DNA of 64,000 bases from the NCBI GenBank assembly GCA_020721865.1, contig DYLW01000003.1, positions 43,986-107,985 on the forward strand. Reading direction: 5' to 3'. The stretch's first letter is position 1; every line of letters begins with the position of its first letter. Of the stretch, positions 1 through 9,607 are shown piece by piece. The position numbers and the translations under genes are program-made. This DNA is from Leptospira biflexa. GTDB lineage: Bacteria; Spirochaetota; Leptospiria; Turneriellales; DYLW01. The notes under the pieces are model-generated. The model was not told the origin of the DNA. It searched no databases and saw only the letters and a program-made list of their open reading frames with translations.

Positions 1-1
1 G

Positions 2-847
2 CACCCGCCTGATTTATCCAACCCCTATCAGGCCATCCGGGAATTGGCGGAAAAACTGCGGAATCCGGACGGAGGATGCCCCTGGGATTTAAAGCAGAAT
101 TTCCAGAGTGTGGCTCCAGATATCATAGAAGAAGCCTATGAATTGACAGACGCCATTGATCATTTGGAGGAAAATAAGCCGGAGACCGTGGAGCACTTTA
201 AAGAGGAGCTGGGGGATTTATTGTTCCAAGTGGTTTTTCAGTCCCAGATGGCCACAGAAAAGGGATTGTTCACCTTAGACGACGTTTTGCTGGGCATCAC
301 CCAGAAACTGATCCTCCGCCATCCCCATGTTTTTACCAACGAGATATCCCTTTCCCAGTCGGAGGATGTTCTCATGAATTGGGAAAAAATTAAAGCAAGG
401 GAAAGGCAAAAACAGGAGCAGAAAACCGGGAAGGATGAGAAGGGTAGCGGGTTGTTGGGACAGATCCCGGAGTCTCTGCCGGCACTATTCAAGGCACATC
501 GGCTGGGACAGAAAGCCTCCCGTTTCCACTTTGACTGGAATTCTGCACAAGAAGTCTTTGAAAAAGTCAAGGAAGAGATGGAAGAATTACACCGGGAACT
601 GGATCCGCCAAATCCGGATAATCAATCGGCTATGGAAGAGGAGCTGGGGGATGTGCTTTTTACCCTTGCCCAGCTTGCCCGGAAGTATTCATTGAATCCG
701 GAAGAAGTACTCCAAAAAGCCAATAAAAAATTTGTGCAACGGTTTCATATCTGTGAAGACAGTTTACGGGAAAAAATTCGGAAGGGGGAATACCCCAGCA
801 CGGAAGAATGGGAGATGGAATGGGAAAAGGCGAAAAAATTGTTGTAA
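2..847 (+). CDS. mazG: Nucleoside triphosphate pyrophosphohydrolase MazG; 5' end cut by the window edge
   Basis: The frame is open from nt 2 (HPPDLSNPYQAIRELAEKLRNPDGGCPWD). It has the GCPWD motif and two MazG-type acidic repeats (EEAYELTDAI..ELGDLLFQ and EEMEELHREL..ELGDVLFTL). The track start at 44 is only a TTG inside the open frame. Confidence 0.85.
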   Translation, partial: HPPDLSNPYQAIRELAEKLRNPDGGCPWDLKQNFQSVAPDIIEEAYELTDAIDHLEENKPETVEHFKEELGDLLFQVVFQSQMATEKGLFTLDDVLLGITQKLILRHPHVFTNEISLSQSEDVLMNWEKIKARERQKQEQKTGKDEKGSGLLGQIPESLPALFKAHRLGQKASRFHFDWNSAQEVFEKVKEEMEELHRELDPPNPDNQSAMEEELGDVLFTLAQLARKYSLNPEEVLQKANKKFVQRFHICEDSLREKIRKGEYPSTEEWEMEWEKAKKLL

Positions 848-899
848 AAACAATTCATTATTCTTCTATATCCCTGATCCCAAAAATGGAGGAAATTTT

Positions 900-1679
900 A
901 TGAGAAAAAACTACTTTTTAATGATTCTGGCAATGGCAATGGTATCCCTGCCGGGACTGGAGTCCATGGCTCAGGATGTATCTGCCCGGACAAAAGGGAA
1001 CGAATCCGGAACGGAAGCTCTGGCGATAGCCACTTTTGTGACCGGTGAGGTCAAGTATAAAAGGGGAAAAGACACCAAAAATGTGAATGTGGGAACTAAT
1101 TTCTATAAAAACGATACGGTGATCTCCAACCAGGGACGGGTGAACATCCAGGTGGGTCCCAACGCCATCATCCAGTTATCACCGTACAGTTCCATCAACC
1201 TGGCGGAGTTATTTGAAAGCGGCGACCGCCAAAATATTGAAATTCTGGTGAACAGTGGACGGATTTATTCCAAGATTGTTCAGAAGCTGCAGAAGGGGAG
1301 CACCTATCGTATTTATACTAATACCCACACGGCAGGGGTTCGCGGTACGGAATTTTTGTTCAGCCAGCCGGCGAAAAACGAAAAAAAGCATGAAGATTCC
1401 GATGTCCCCGCCGGTGTTTTTGTGAATGAGGGCAAGGTGATTGTACGGGCGGAAGGAGAAAACCTGACCGATGAGCAAAAAAAGGAAACAGTATTAAACC
1501 CCAAAGAACAGGTTCTGGTAACCACTAATGGTTTTAAAAAGGAGATTCTCCAGAAGTTCATTGACAAAAAAATGGAAATCTTTAAAAAACTCGATGTCAT
1601 GAAAGAAGAAAACTACAAAATGTTAAAGGATCAGAAAGAGAGAAACCGGGAGATGATGAAAAAAATCCGGGGTTATTAA
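900..1679 (+). CDS. Secreted FecR-domain protein
   Basis: Track ORF 732..1679 trimmed to ATG 900, which follows GGAGGA at 888-893. Signal peptide MRKNYFLMILAMAMVSLPGLESMAQD. FecR-like core ending in TNTHTAGVRGTEFLF. Lys/Glu-rich C-terminal tail. Confidence 0.7.
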   Translation: MRKNYFLMILAMAMVSLPGLESMAQDVSARTKGNESGTEALAIATFVTGEVKYKRGKDTKNVNVGTNFYKNDTVISNQGRVNIQVGPNAIIQLSPYSSINLAELFESGDRQNIEILVNSGRIYSKIVQKLQKGSTYRIYTNTHTAGVRGTEFLFSQPAKNEKKHEDSDVPAGVFVNEGKVIVRAEGENLTDEQKKETVLNPKEQVLVTTNGFKKEILQKFIDKKMEIFKKLDVMKEENYKMLKDQKERNREMMKKIRGY

Positions 1680-3886
1680 TCTTCGTATAAAATCCGGTAC
1701 ACCGGGTAGTTATATCCGGTGTATTGGACATAAAAATAGGTTTCCAATCGAGGAATTTGTTCAAAGAAGTCGTTTTTATCCAATGCGGTGGTTTTCTTTT
1801 CCAGGTGGGAGACAAAATTGGGTCCTCCATTATACGCTGCTGCCGCTTTCCGGAAATCACCGCTAAACCAATGGAGCATATCGGCAAAAAAACGGCTCCC
1901 TATCCGGACGTTATGCTCAGGGTTAAATAAATCCATATTGGGGATTTTCTCTTTTTTGTTGATTAATTTGGCGGTGGATGGAATGAGTTGCAGAAGTCCC
2001 TGTGCATTGGAGGAGGAACGGGCCCTCTCCCAAAATCCGGATTCCTGCCTCATGATTGCGTAAAGCATGTATGGATCCATAGTATATTTTTCCGCATAAA
2101 AAGAGACCCGGCTCAGATATGGACGCGGAAAAAGGATTTCCCGTGCGAATGTGTTCATGGAATAGGGATTGATGGAATATTTCTTCAATATCAGGTATTC
2201 CTTGGCCGATTGGTATGCCAGATATGGGTATTTCACTTTCCGGGCAAGGGAAATCAAAGCAAGGTGTCTTTGGGCAGGGGATAGCTCTTTCATGTAATCC
2301 ATGCCACGGGAGTATTCTCCAATTAACAGAAAAAAAAGGCCGGTTTTGTGTTTCCCGCTCAAAGAATTTTCCACGGTGGAGACATCCTTTTCCATTTGCG
2401 TCCAGAAGGAATCCACGGAGTGGGGAATTTTTTCCGCCCCCAGCTTCTCAGCTTTTTCCAGTGCCAGGATCCCATAGTATTCATTCGGGTGGTTCCAAAA
2501 GAAATTCCGGTACTTTCTGGCCTGTTCCCGGGTATCTTTTTTTTGTGTATTTTCTTCCGCTAAAATCCGGTACCAGTCTGCCCGAGCGGAATAATAGGAA
2601 TTTTCTGCAGGAACCGCCTGGAAACAGCTCCTGCTTCTGGAATAATCCCCGGTACGGTGGTAATGGACGCATTGATCCGAATAAATTTTGGATACATTCA
2701 GGTTTCCCGGATTGTTCCGCAGAAAATCGTAGGAATACCTCAGGAGATCTTCCGGTGCACAACTGGAGTGGGAACAGGATAAAACGCAGAGATAGGAAAT
2801 CCTGTCCGTGGTGTATCCATTTTTTTTCTGCAGGGAGATAATATCCCCATAAGCGGAAGCGGAATACAGTTTTTCCGCCAATAGCTGAAAAATCGCCGCT
2901 TTTTCCGCAGGGTTCAGCCGGGAAGAGTTTAACAAATCCAGCCACTTGTCCCGCTCCAGGGTATTGCGGGCGGAAAAGGCGGGAAGATAGTATTTTAGAT
3001 AGAAATATTGTCCTTTTGCGGAAAGATCGGAAAAGGGAATGGTCAGGGAGCCAAAGAATTGCTCCGGCTTTTTTCCAGAATACGGGAATAAAAGCAGAGT
3101 ATCTTCCGCATGAAGGCCGCCCATATTTTTCAGCCTCCATGCTGCTTCTGCCCGAATCCATTGGTATGGATAATTGATTATTATTTTCCGGTAATTATCT
3201 TTTGCTTTTTCCGGAGAAGATTTTTCCAGATACTGCGTTAGATAATACAGATAGATGGTTTTATTCCATTTCTGGTACAGAGCACGAAAAAGTATTTCCG
3301 ATTTTATTGGATTTGTCTTCTGGTATATCCGGGCACGCAGATATTCCCGTTTTTCCCGGAGGGGATCCTCCGGCGGTGCTAATTTTCCGGAACTATCCAG
3401 AATGGTCAGGGCATCCTCATCTTTCTGGATTTTCCAAGCGGAATATGCGAGTTCATACATGGCTTCCGGAAAAAGCGGAGTGAGGGTGAGTTTTTCACCG
3501 GACATCTTTTTCAGGGATAAAGGGATGATCTTCAACTGGTTAGAGCGGTTCAGGGAATACATCTGCTCCAGAAGGGAATCCCCTTTTTTATGGAATGCCG
3601 CAAAATAGAAGAAAAAAACGGATTCCCGGTAATTTTCTTTTTGCTGGAGAAGCAATCCCGCCGTAAACGCTTCCAGATAGGTCAGCTTACCGGGATTTTT
3701 CCGTGCATATTCTATGAATTTATATTTGTCTCCCAGATTTTTCATCTGGACAAAGGTTTCCAGAGAATCATAGTCTTTCCAGTCGATGGCGGAAGCCGGA
3801 TGGGTGCAGCCATGGAGAATAAATAAAATAACCATGCAAAAAGGAAAAAATACTCGATGGATGGTACAGAGTTTGGATTTTGCCAC
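1676..3886 (-). CDS. Soluble lytic murein transglycosylase-like lipoprotein (SLT domain)
   Basis: C-terminal SLT motifs AIMRQESGF, AQGLLQLIPSTA and AAYNGGP. Long helical N-terminal part as in Slt70. N-terminus MAKSKLCTIHRVFFPFCMVILFILHGC has a lipobox-like LHGC. GTG start at 3886; alternative ATG at 3835. Confidence 0.85.
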   Translation of the reverse strand: MAKSKLCTIHRVFFPFCMVILFILHGCTHPASAIDWKDYDSLETFVQMKNLGDKYKFIEYARKNPGKLTYLEAFTAGLLLQQKENYRESVFFFYFAAFHKKGDSLLEQMYSLNRSNQLKIIPLSLKKMSGEKLTLTPLFPEAMYELAYSAWKIQKDEDALTILDSSGKLAPPEDPLREKREYLRARIYQKTNPIKSEILFRALYQKWNKTIYLYYLTQYLEKSSPEKAKDNYRKIIINYPYQWIRAEAAWRLKNMGGLHAEDTLLLFPYSGKKPEQFFGSLTIPFSDLSAKGQYFYLKYYLPAFSARNTLERDKWLDLLNSSRLNPAEKAAIFQLLAEKLYSASAYGDIISLQKKNGYTTDRISYLCVLSCSHSSCAPEDLLRYSYDFLRNNPGNLNVSKIYSDQCVHYHRTGDYSRSRSCFQAVPAENSYYSARADWYRILAEENTQKKDTREQARKYRNFFWNHPNEYYGILALEKAEKLGAEKIPHSVDSFWTQMEKDVSTVENSLSGKHKTGLFFLLIGEYSRGMDYMKELSPAQRHLALISLARKVKYPYLAYQSAKEYLILKKYSINPYSMNTFAREILFPRPYLSRVSFYAEKYTMDPYMLYAIMRQESGFWERARSSSNAQGLLQLIPSTAKLINKKEKIPNMDLFNPEHNVRIGSRFFADMLHWFSGDFRKAAAAYNGGPNFVSHLEKKTTALDKNDFFEQIPRLETYFYVQYTGYNYPVYRILYED

Positions 3887-5317
3887 ATGGCATTTCTGAA
3901 TGACTTATCGTACCATCTATCACAAAAAGAAACGGATCCCGTACGCATCATGGAAAAAACCCTATCAACCATCCGGGAGAAAAATCCCGAATACTATGCA
4001 TTTATCCATGTGGATGAGGATCTCATGATGCAGAAGGCACAGGAATCCCAGAAAAGAAGAGAGGCCGGAAAGGCACTTTCTGATCTGGATGGAATTCCCA
4101 TCGGCATCAAAGACAATATTCTTCGCAAAGGTGAAGTGGCGGAATGTGCTTCCCGGATTCTGGCGGGATTCCGCTCTCCCTACAGTGCCACCGTCATTGA
4201 AAAACTGGAGAGAGCCGGCATGATTCCTGTGGGCCGCACCAATATGGATGAATTTGCTATGGGTTCCTCCACGGAAAATTCCGCTCTGGGCATCACCCAC
4301 AATGGCGTGGACAAAGAGTATGCTCCCGGTGGCTCCTCCGGTGGTTCTGCGGTGGCCGTGGCTACGGGTATGTTGCCGGTGGCCTTGGGTTCGGATACCG
4401 GTGGTTCCATCCGCCAGCCTGCATCCTTTAACGGAGTGGTGGGGTTGAAACCCACATACGGGTCTGTTTCCCGCTACGGTCTGGTGGCGTTTGCGAGCAG
4501 TCTGGACCAGATTGGCCCTTTTGCGAAAACCGTGGAGGACGCCCAAATCATCTATGATATTATTTCCGGATATGATCCCAGAGACACCACCAGCGTTCAG
4601 CCAGAACTTAAAGAAAAAATGGAAGATGAACTAAGGAAATATCCTCCGGAAAAAATGAAAATAGCTATTCCAGAAAATTTGTTAGAGAATGTTTCTGGGG
4701 AAGTGAAAAAATCTTTTTTCCAGGTGGTGGACTTTCTGGAAAGGGAAATTCTGGAAAATAAAATTGACAGAATCCGAATGGAAGCCAGTGAGCTTTCCAC
4801 CCCGGTATATTATATCACCGCCACCAGCGAGGCCTCTGCAAATCTGGCACGCTTTGACGGAATCCGATATGGTAAAAGAGAAGCGGGGGATTCCCTGATC
4901 TCCGTATATGAAAACTCCCGGACAAAGGGTTTTGGAAAAGAGGTGAAACGCAGAATCCTTCTGGGGACCTATGCTCTGTCCTCTGGATATTATGACGCTT
5001 ATTACGGAAAAGCACAGAAAGTGCGTGCCATGATCCACCGGGAATATATGGAAATATTCCGGAAATATGATGCCGTTCTGATGCCCGTAGCACCGGATGT
5101 CCCGTTTAAACTGGGAGAGAAAATCCATGATCCGGTTTCCATGTATCTGGCCGATGTGCTCACCACCGGAGCGTCCCTGGCGGGAATTCCCGCTTTATCC
5201 GTTCCCGGACCGGCAGAAAGACTGCCCATTGGTGTGCAGATTCAGGGGACGTTTTTTTCAGAAAATTCTCTCTTCGCACTGGGGAAAATAATAGAAAAGA
5301 AATTTTCTGCGGGATAA
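3857..5317 (+). CDS. gatA: Glu-tRNA(Gln) amidotransferase subunit A
   Basis: Amidase signature GGSSGGSAVAVA and GSDTGGSIRQPA. Start is ATG 3857 or ATG 3887; MAFLNDLSYHLSQKE from 3887 aligns better with GatA N-termini. Confidence 0.9.
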   Translation: MDGTEFGFCHMAFLNDLSYHLSQKETDPVRIMEKTLSTIREKNPEYYAFIHVDEDLMMQKAQESQKRREAGKALSDLDGIPIGIKDNILRKGEVAECASRILAGFRSPYSATVIEKLERAGMIPVGRTNMDEFAMGSSTENSALGITHNGVDKEYAPGGSSGGSAVAVATGMLPVALGSDTGGSIRQPASFNGVVGLKPTYGSVSRYGLVAFASSLDQIGPFAKTVEDAQIIYDIISGYDPRDTTSVQPELKEKMEDELRKYPPEKMKIAIPENLLENVSGEVKKSFFQVVDFLEREILENKIDRIRMEASELSTPVYYITATSEASANLARFDGIRYGKREAGDSLISVYENSRTKGFGKEVKRRILLGTYALSSGYYDAYYGKAQKVRAMIHREYMEIFRKYDAVLMPVAPDVPFKLGEKIHDPVSMYLADVLTTGASLAGIPALSVPGPAERLPIGVQIQGTFFSENSLFALGKIIEKKFSAG

Positions 5318-5335
5318 ATACAGATTTACGGAAAA

Positions 5336-6331
5336 TTAATAATCGGACGAGGTGAATTTACGGATATTATCTCCCAGAATGTTATAGGATAACACCACCA
5401 GAAAAATAAAAAATCCGGGGAAAAAGGTCATCCACCACGCAAAATCCATATAGGGCTGGGATGCGTTCAGAATTTGTCCCCAGGAAGGTTCCGGCGGCTG
5501 CACACCAATCCCCAGAAAGCTGAGCGAGCTCTCAAAAAGAACAGCAGAAGCAATCCCAAAGGCCGCCATGACTGTCACCGGAGCCAGGGAATTAGGCAGG
5601 ATATGCACCACAATCAGCCGCAGATGGGATGCACCGGCGGACCGGGATGCGTGCACAAAATCATAGTTTTTCCGCTTCAGAAATTCCCCCCGGATGACCC
5701 GTGCGGTGGAAGTCCAGCCGGTGAGTCCAATGACCACCATGATATTGAATAAAGACGGTTTTGTGATGGCCAGAACAGCCATGATGAGGATGAGGGTGGG
5801 AAACACAATGACGATCTCAATGATCCGGCTCAAAAAGGTATCCACCCATCCGCCAAAATATCCAGCCACAGAACCGATGATGATCCCGAACGCAAGGGAA
5901 ATACCCACCGCCACCAGACCAATCAACATGGAATTTTTTGCTCCGTGAACCATGCGGGAAGCCACATCCCGTCCCAGCTCATCCGTGCCCATAATATTCC
6001 CGAATTTTCCCCAGGACGGCGGGGTCAGGATGATGCTCAGATCTTTTTCATAGGGAGAATGGGGGATCACGGGGAAAAGAGCGGATATTTTTCCGGCGGC
6101 TGCCCATTCTTTATAATGCTTTTCATGGATGGATGTATCTTCATTCCAGAAGGAATTCCATAAAGGGGAAACCGGCAGGGTGTTTTGGGTTTTATTTTCC
6201 CAAATCAGCAATGGATATCCGCTGGCAATAAAAGGGGAAAACAAGGCAAGGAGCAGAAAAAAGACAATCACCCCAAAGGAAAAAATGGAAATTTTATCTG
6301 CCAGTAAAACCCTGAAGAATCTTGTTTTCAT
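5336..6331 (-). CDS. ABC peptide/nickel-type transporter permease (OppC/DppC-like)
   Basis: Multi-pass membrane protein with the EAA-loop region ASRSAGASHLRLIVVHILPNSLAPV typical of DppC/OppC. Confidence 0.8.
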   Translation of the reverse strand: MKTRFFRVLLADKISIFSFGVIVFFLLLALFSPFIASGYPLLIWENKTQNTLPVSPLWNSFWNEDTSIHEKHYKEWAAAGKISALFPVIPHSPYEKDLSIILTPPSWGKFGNIMGTDELGRDVASRMVHGAKNSMLIGLVAVGISLAFGIIIGSVAGYFGGWVDTFLSRIIEIVIVFPTLILIMAVLAITKPSLFNIMVVIGLTGWTSTARVIRGEFLKRKNYDFVHASRSAGASHLRLIVVHILPNSLAPVTVMAAFGIASAVLFESSLSFLGIGVQPPEPSWGQILNASQPYMDFAWWMTFFPGFFIFLVVLSYNILGDNIRKFTSSDY

Positions 6332-7344
6332 AAAGTGTCTTTTTTATCGAAGCTGATACGCGGATCTATGAGGGTGTACACAATATCCGTTATCAGGATC
6401 CCGATCATGGTGAGAACTCCGGATATGGCCACCACTGCGATGATGACGGTTTCATCATTGGTGTAAATACTCTCATAGGCCAGCTTCCCCATCCCTGGTA
6501 TGGAAAAAATTTTTTCAATGATCACACTACCCCCAAACAAAGACGGGAGGAGCCCAGCCATTAATGTGACAATGGGTATCAGGCTGTTTTTCATGGTGTG
6601 CACAAAGATGATATTTTTACTGGAGAGACCTTTCGCCCGGGCAAATTTAATATATTCGGATTTGTATGCTTCCAGAAAGGAGCTTTTCATGAATTTGGAT
6701 AGAAAGGCAAAGGAACCATAAACGGAGACCACCACGGGCAGAAAAAGATGCCAGGCAATATCCATCAGTTTTTCCAAGGGGTTAAACTCTTCATAGGCAT
6801 CACTGCTCCAGCCGCCCAGGGGAAAATAATCCAGAAAATCCCCCCCCGCCAGATACCGTATGAGGATGAGGGCAACCCAGAATACGGGCAGGGAATACAG
6901 TAAATACAGAATGAACGTAACCACCCTGTCCATGCGGGTTCCATCCCTTATGCCAGAATATATCCCCAGCGGAATGGAGATGACATAAACAAGGAAAATG
7001 GTCACAAAATTCAGGATGAGTGTATAAGGGAGGGCTTCTTTTATTTTATCCGAAACCGGTCTCTGGTCAATGCGGCTGATATTAAAATCAAAGGTGAGGA
7101 TATTTTTCCACATGTACCCATACTGGACATAGATGGGTTTGTCATAGCCATAGTATTTTCGCAACTGCTCAACATATTGACGGGCGGCAGAGCCGGCTTT
7201 CATCCCTTCCGCTCCCAGCATCTGGGTCTGGATGGGGTCCGGCCGCATTTTGGTCAGCAGAAAGGTGACAGTCACGATTCCGATGAATGTTGGAATCATC
7301 CAGAGAATTCTTTTTAAAGTGTAATAGCTGAAAATACCGCCCAC
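6328..7344 (-). CDS. ABC peptide/nickel-type transporter permease (OppB/DppB-like)
   Basis: YIKFARAKGLSSKNIIFVHTMKNSLIPIVT matches the OppB/DppB EAA region. 4-nt overlap with the downstream permease. Confidence 0.8.
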   Translation of the reverse strand: MGGIFSYYTLKRILWMIPTFIGIVTVTFLLTKMRPDPIQTQMLGAEGMKAGSAARQYVEQLRKYYGYDKPIYVQYGYMWKNILTFDFNISRIDQRPVSDKIKEALPYTLILNFVTIFLVYVISIPLGIYSGIRDGTRMDRVVTFILYLLYSLPVFWVALILIRYLAGGDFLDYFPLGGWSSDAYEEFNPLEKLMDIAWHLFLPVVVSVYGSFAFLSKFMKSSFLEAYKSEYIKFARAKGLSSKNIIFVHTMKNSLIPIVTLMAGLLPSLFGGSVIIEKIFSIPGMGKLAYESIYTNDETVIIAVVAISGVLTMIGILITDIVYTLIDPRISFDKKDTL

Positions 7345-7385
7345 AACGAATCGTTATTTTCTTTCACTGGATGTCAAACATATTA

Positions 7386-8675
7386 TCAGGACAACTGGGC
7401 TTTTCTTTCCTCTGCCAATTTTTGGATGGTCACTTTAAAATCCGGGAATTTATCCAGAACCCTGTCAAAAGTTCCTTTCTCCAGCCGGTAAAGGTCACAG
7501 TATTCTGCAGCCCGGATGCTGGCTGTACGAGGCTGGCTCAGAAGCAGGGCAATTTCCCCAAAAAACTGTCCTGTTGTCAGGTGAGCATAGACAGTTTTTC
7601 CATCATCGGAGACCACTTGCACGGAACCGCTGCTGATAAAATACATATCGTCCCCATGTTCTCCTTTGGTAAAAATATAGTCACCGGGGGTAAACACAAC
7701 AGGTTCCAGATTCAAAATAATTTCCTTGATAAGATCCTCGGAGGCACCTTTGAACAGAGGCACTTTTTGTATGATCTCCTGGTTCAGAAACAGGGAGACC
7801 TGCACTTTCAGAGGATGGGGCAGATCTTCCAGAACAGAGGATTCGTCATATCCACGGCGGCTGGCCCAAAGATATTTATAATAGCTGTTGATGCGGTTCT
7901 GCATATCCGGCGGAATGTCACGGTACTTCATAAATGTCCCGATCTTTTCCATTTTTTCCTGAAACTGGGATTTGGCAATGTCGATATTGGCAATCAGGTT
8001 GGCGATATTCGCAATGATAAAACCATACATACCCGCACCAATGATCTCGATAAATATGGCGTAAATAATCTGGATATTGGTTTTGGGCGTAATGTCTCCA
8101 TATCCAATGGTGGTGATGGTGGTGACAGTCCAGTAAAAAGAACGGACATAACTGTCCAATAAAGTCATTTCTTTGTCGAACTCATTCAGAAAAACCCATC
8201 CACTGGAGATAAAATGGGACGCCAGAACCACCCAGAAAATCAAAGCCAGCAACCGCATAATACTGGGATTGATCACATTGGAGCGACGGATTCTGGCAAT
8301 GATGGAATTGATACGGATCAATTTTAACAAACGTATCGCCCGGAAAACCCGGTAGTGGTTGGCAAAAACTATTTCCAGAATGGTATCAAAGGGTATGGAT
8401 GCAATCACATCGCTCCATATCCATTTTTCCAGATAATCCGGATTTTCCGCTTTTTCATCATATTTGGGGAGAAGTTTTTCCTTGCGGACAGTATAGATTA
8501 TCATGAGTACATCCAGAATGTAGAAAAAACTGGCTATATAATCTGTCATGGCAAAAAAACCTGTGGAGGGGATGGAAAAAACCACCAGAAGGGGGGCTTC
8601 AATCACCGTGTAAACAGTGAGCAGAAGAATAACGGTATCCCATAAATTTTTAAACAGATAAAATCTTTTGTTCAT
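7386..8675 (-). CDS. Cyclic-nucleotide-gated potassium channel (MloK1-like)
   Basis: K+ selectivity filter TTITTIGYGDITP. C-terminal cNMP-binding domain (FGEIALLLSQPRTASIRA). Track ORF trimmed to ATG 8675 (MNKRFYLF), which has AAGGA 7 nt upstream. Confidence 0.85.
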   Translation of the reverse strand: MNKRFYLFKNLWDTVILLLTVYTVIEAPLLVVFSIPSTGFFAMTDYIASFFYILDVLMIIYTVRKEKLLPKYDEKAENPDYLEKWIWSDVIASIPFDTILEIVFANHYRVFRAIRLLKLIRINSIIARIRRSNVINPSIMRLLALIFWVVLASHFISSGWVFLNEFDKEMTLLDSYVRSFYWTVTTITTIGYGDITPKTNIQIIYAIFIEIIGAGMYGFIIANIANLIANIDIAKSQFQEKMEKIGTFMKYRDIPPDMQNRINSYYKYLWASRRGYDESSVLEDLPHPLKVQVSLFLNQEIIQKVPLFKGASEDLIKEIILNLEPVVFTPGDYIFTKGEHGDDMYFISSGSVQVVSDDGKTVYAHLTTGQFFGEIALLLSQPRTASIRAAEYCDLYRLEKGTFDRVLDKFPDFKVTIQKLAEERKAQLS

Positions 8676-8889
8676 TCTATGATCCTTGTAATAATATCGG
8701 CCAATGGAATATCTTTTGTTGAGGTAAAAAATGGTGAGGAGTATGCCCAAGAGGTTTTGATAATTTAAGTTTGACCGTATACTCCACCGATGATAAATCC
8801 AGATTCCGGGGGATTTTCCCCCGGCTTCTGGCCATACGCAAATAGTTGCCGATCCCGTATTTTTTTATATCTTCATTTAAAAGGAAAAT

Positions 8890-9177
8890 ATGCAAAAAGC
8901 ATTACTCATCACTGTCGCAATTCTGGGAATGATCCAGTGCCATGAAACCACGAACGTGGATGAATGTGACCAGCGTTCGGGGCGGGTGATTGGGGGTTTT
9001 CACTATGTATCCGGGGATTTTATAGCAGAGGATGGAAACTGGGATTATTCCAAATGGGGAGAATACCTGCGGGACAAGAGTAGCTACCAGCCGGACTATG
9101 GGTGTATTCCCGTGAAAAAGCAAAAGAGTCTGGAAGAGGTTATTGAAGATACGGAACGGAAGCTTTATGCAAGATAA
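8890..9177 (+). CDS. Small hypothetical lipoprotein
   Basis: MQKALLITVAILGMIQC is signal-plus-lipobox-like. 95 aa. No recognisable domain. Confidence 0.5.
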   Translation: MQKALLITVAILGMIQCHETTNVDECDQRSGRVIGGFHYVSGDFIAEDGNWDYSKWGEYLRDKSSYQPDYGCIPVKKQKSLEEVIEDTERKLYAR

Positions 9178-9257
9178 AAATCAGAGAAAATATGTTTTTT
9201 CCTTGCCATTGCAGGATAAGGATTCATGGTGTCTTAATATCGCGTGAAGAGGTACCA

Positions 9258-9596
9258 ATGAACATTTCGGTTTATGAGGGGAAGGGTTACAAAGCAATAC
9301 TGCTAAAAGGCAGTCTGGATATGTATACCGCTCTGGAATTAAAAAACAAAGTGGACGGCTTGAACTTTGTTCAGAGCGAGACAATGATTCTGGATTTGAA
9401 TGAAATCAGCTATGTGGACTCCAGCGGTATTGGAACACTTATAAAAATAGTCAACCAGCTCAAAGAGAATAAAGTGGCCTTTTATCTGACCGGGTTAAAG
9501 CCCATGATTGAAAAGATATTTAAAGTAGCTGGATTGATGAATTATTTTTCCATCCTGTCCGAGGATGATTATAAAAAAAATTATCCCCATGCGTAG
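9258..9596 (+). CDS. STAS-domain anti-sigma-factor antagonist (SpoIIAA-like)
   Basis: About 113 aa with the SpoIIAA-type motif YVDSSGIGTLI (phosphorylatable Ser context). Trimmed to ATG 9258, which follows GAAGAGG. Confidence 0.8.
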   Translation: MNISVYEGKGYKAILLKGSLDMYTALELKNKVDGLNFVQSETMILDLNEISYVDSSGIGTLIKIVNQLKENKVAFYLTGLKPMIEKIFKVAGLMNYFSILSEDDYKKNYPHA

Positions 9597-9607
9597 CTCA
9601 TCGTAAA

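Noticed and set aside
8806-8824. GC hairpin CCGGGGG-ATTTT-CCCCCGG.
   Set aside because: It lies between divergently transcribed genes (the K+ channel and the lipoprotein), so it is not a terminator. No T-tract on either side, a single occurrence, and too little information to call an operator.
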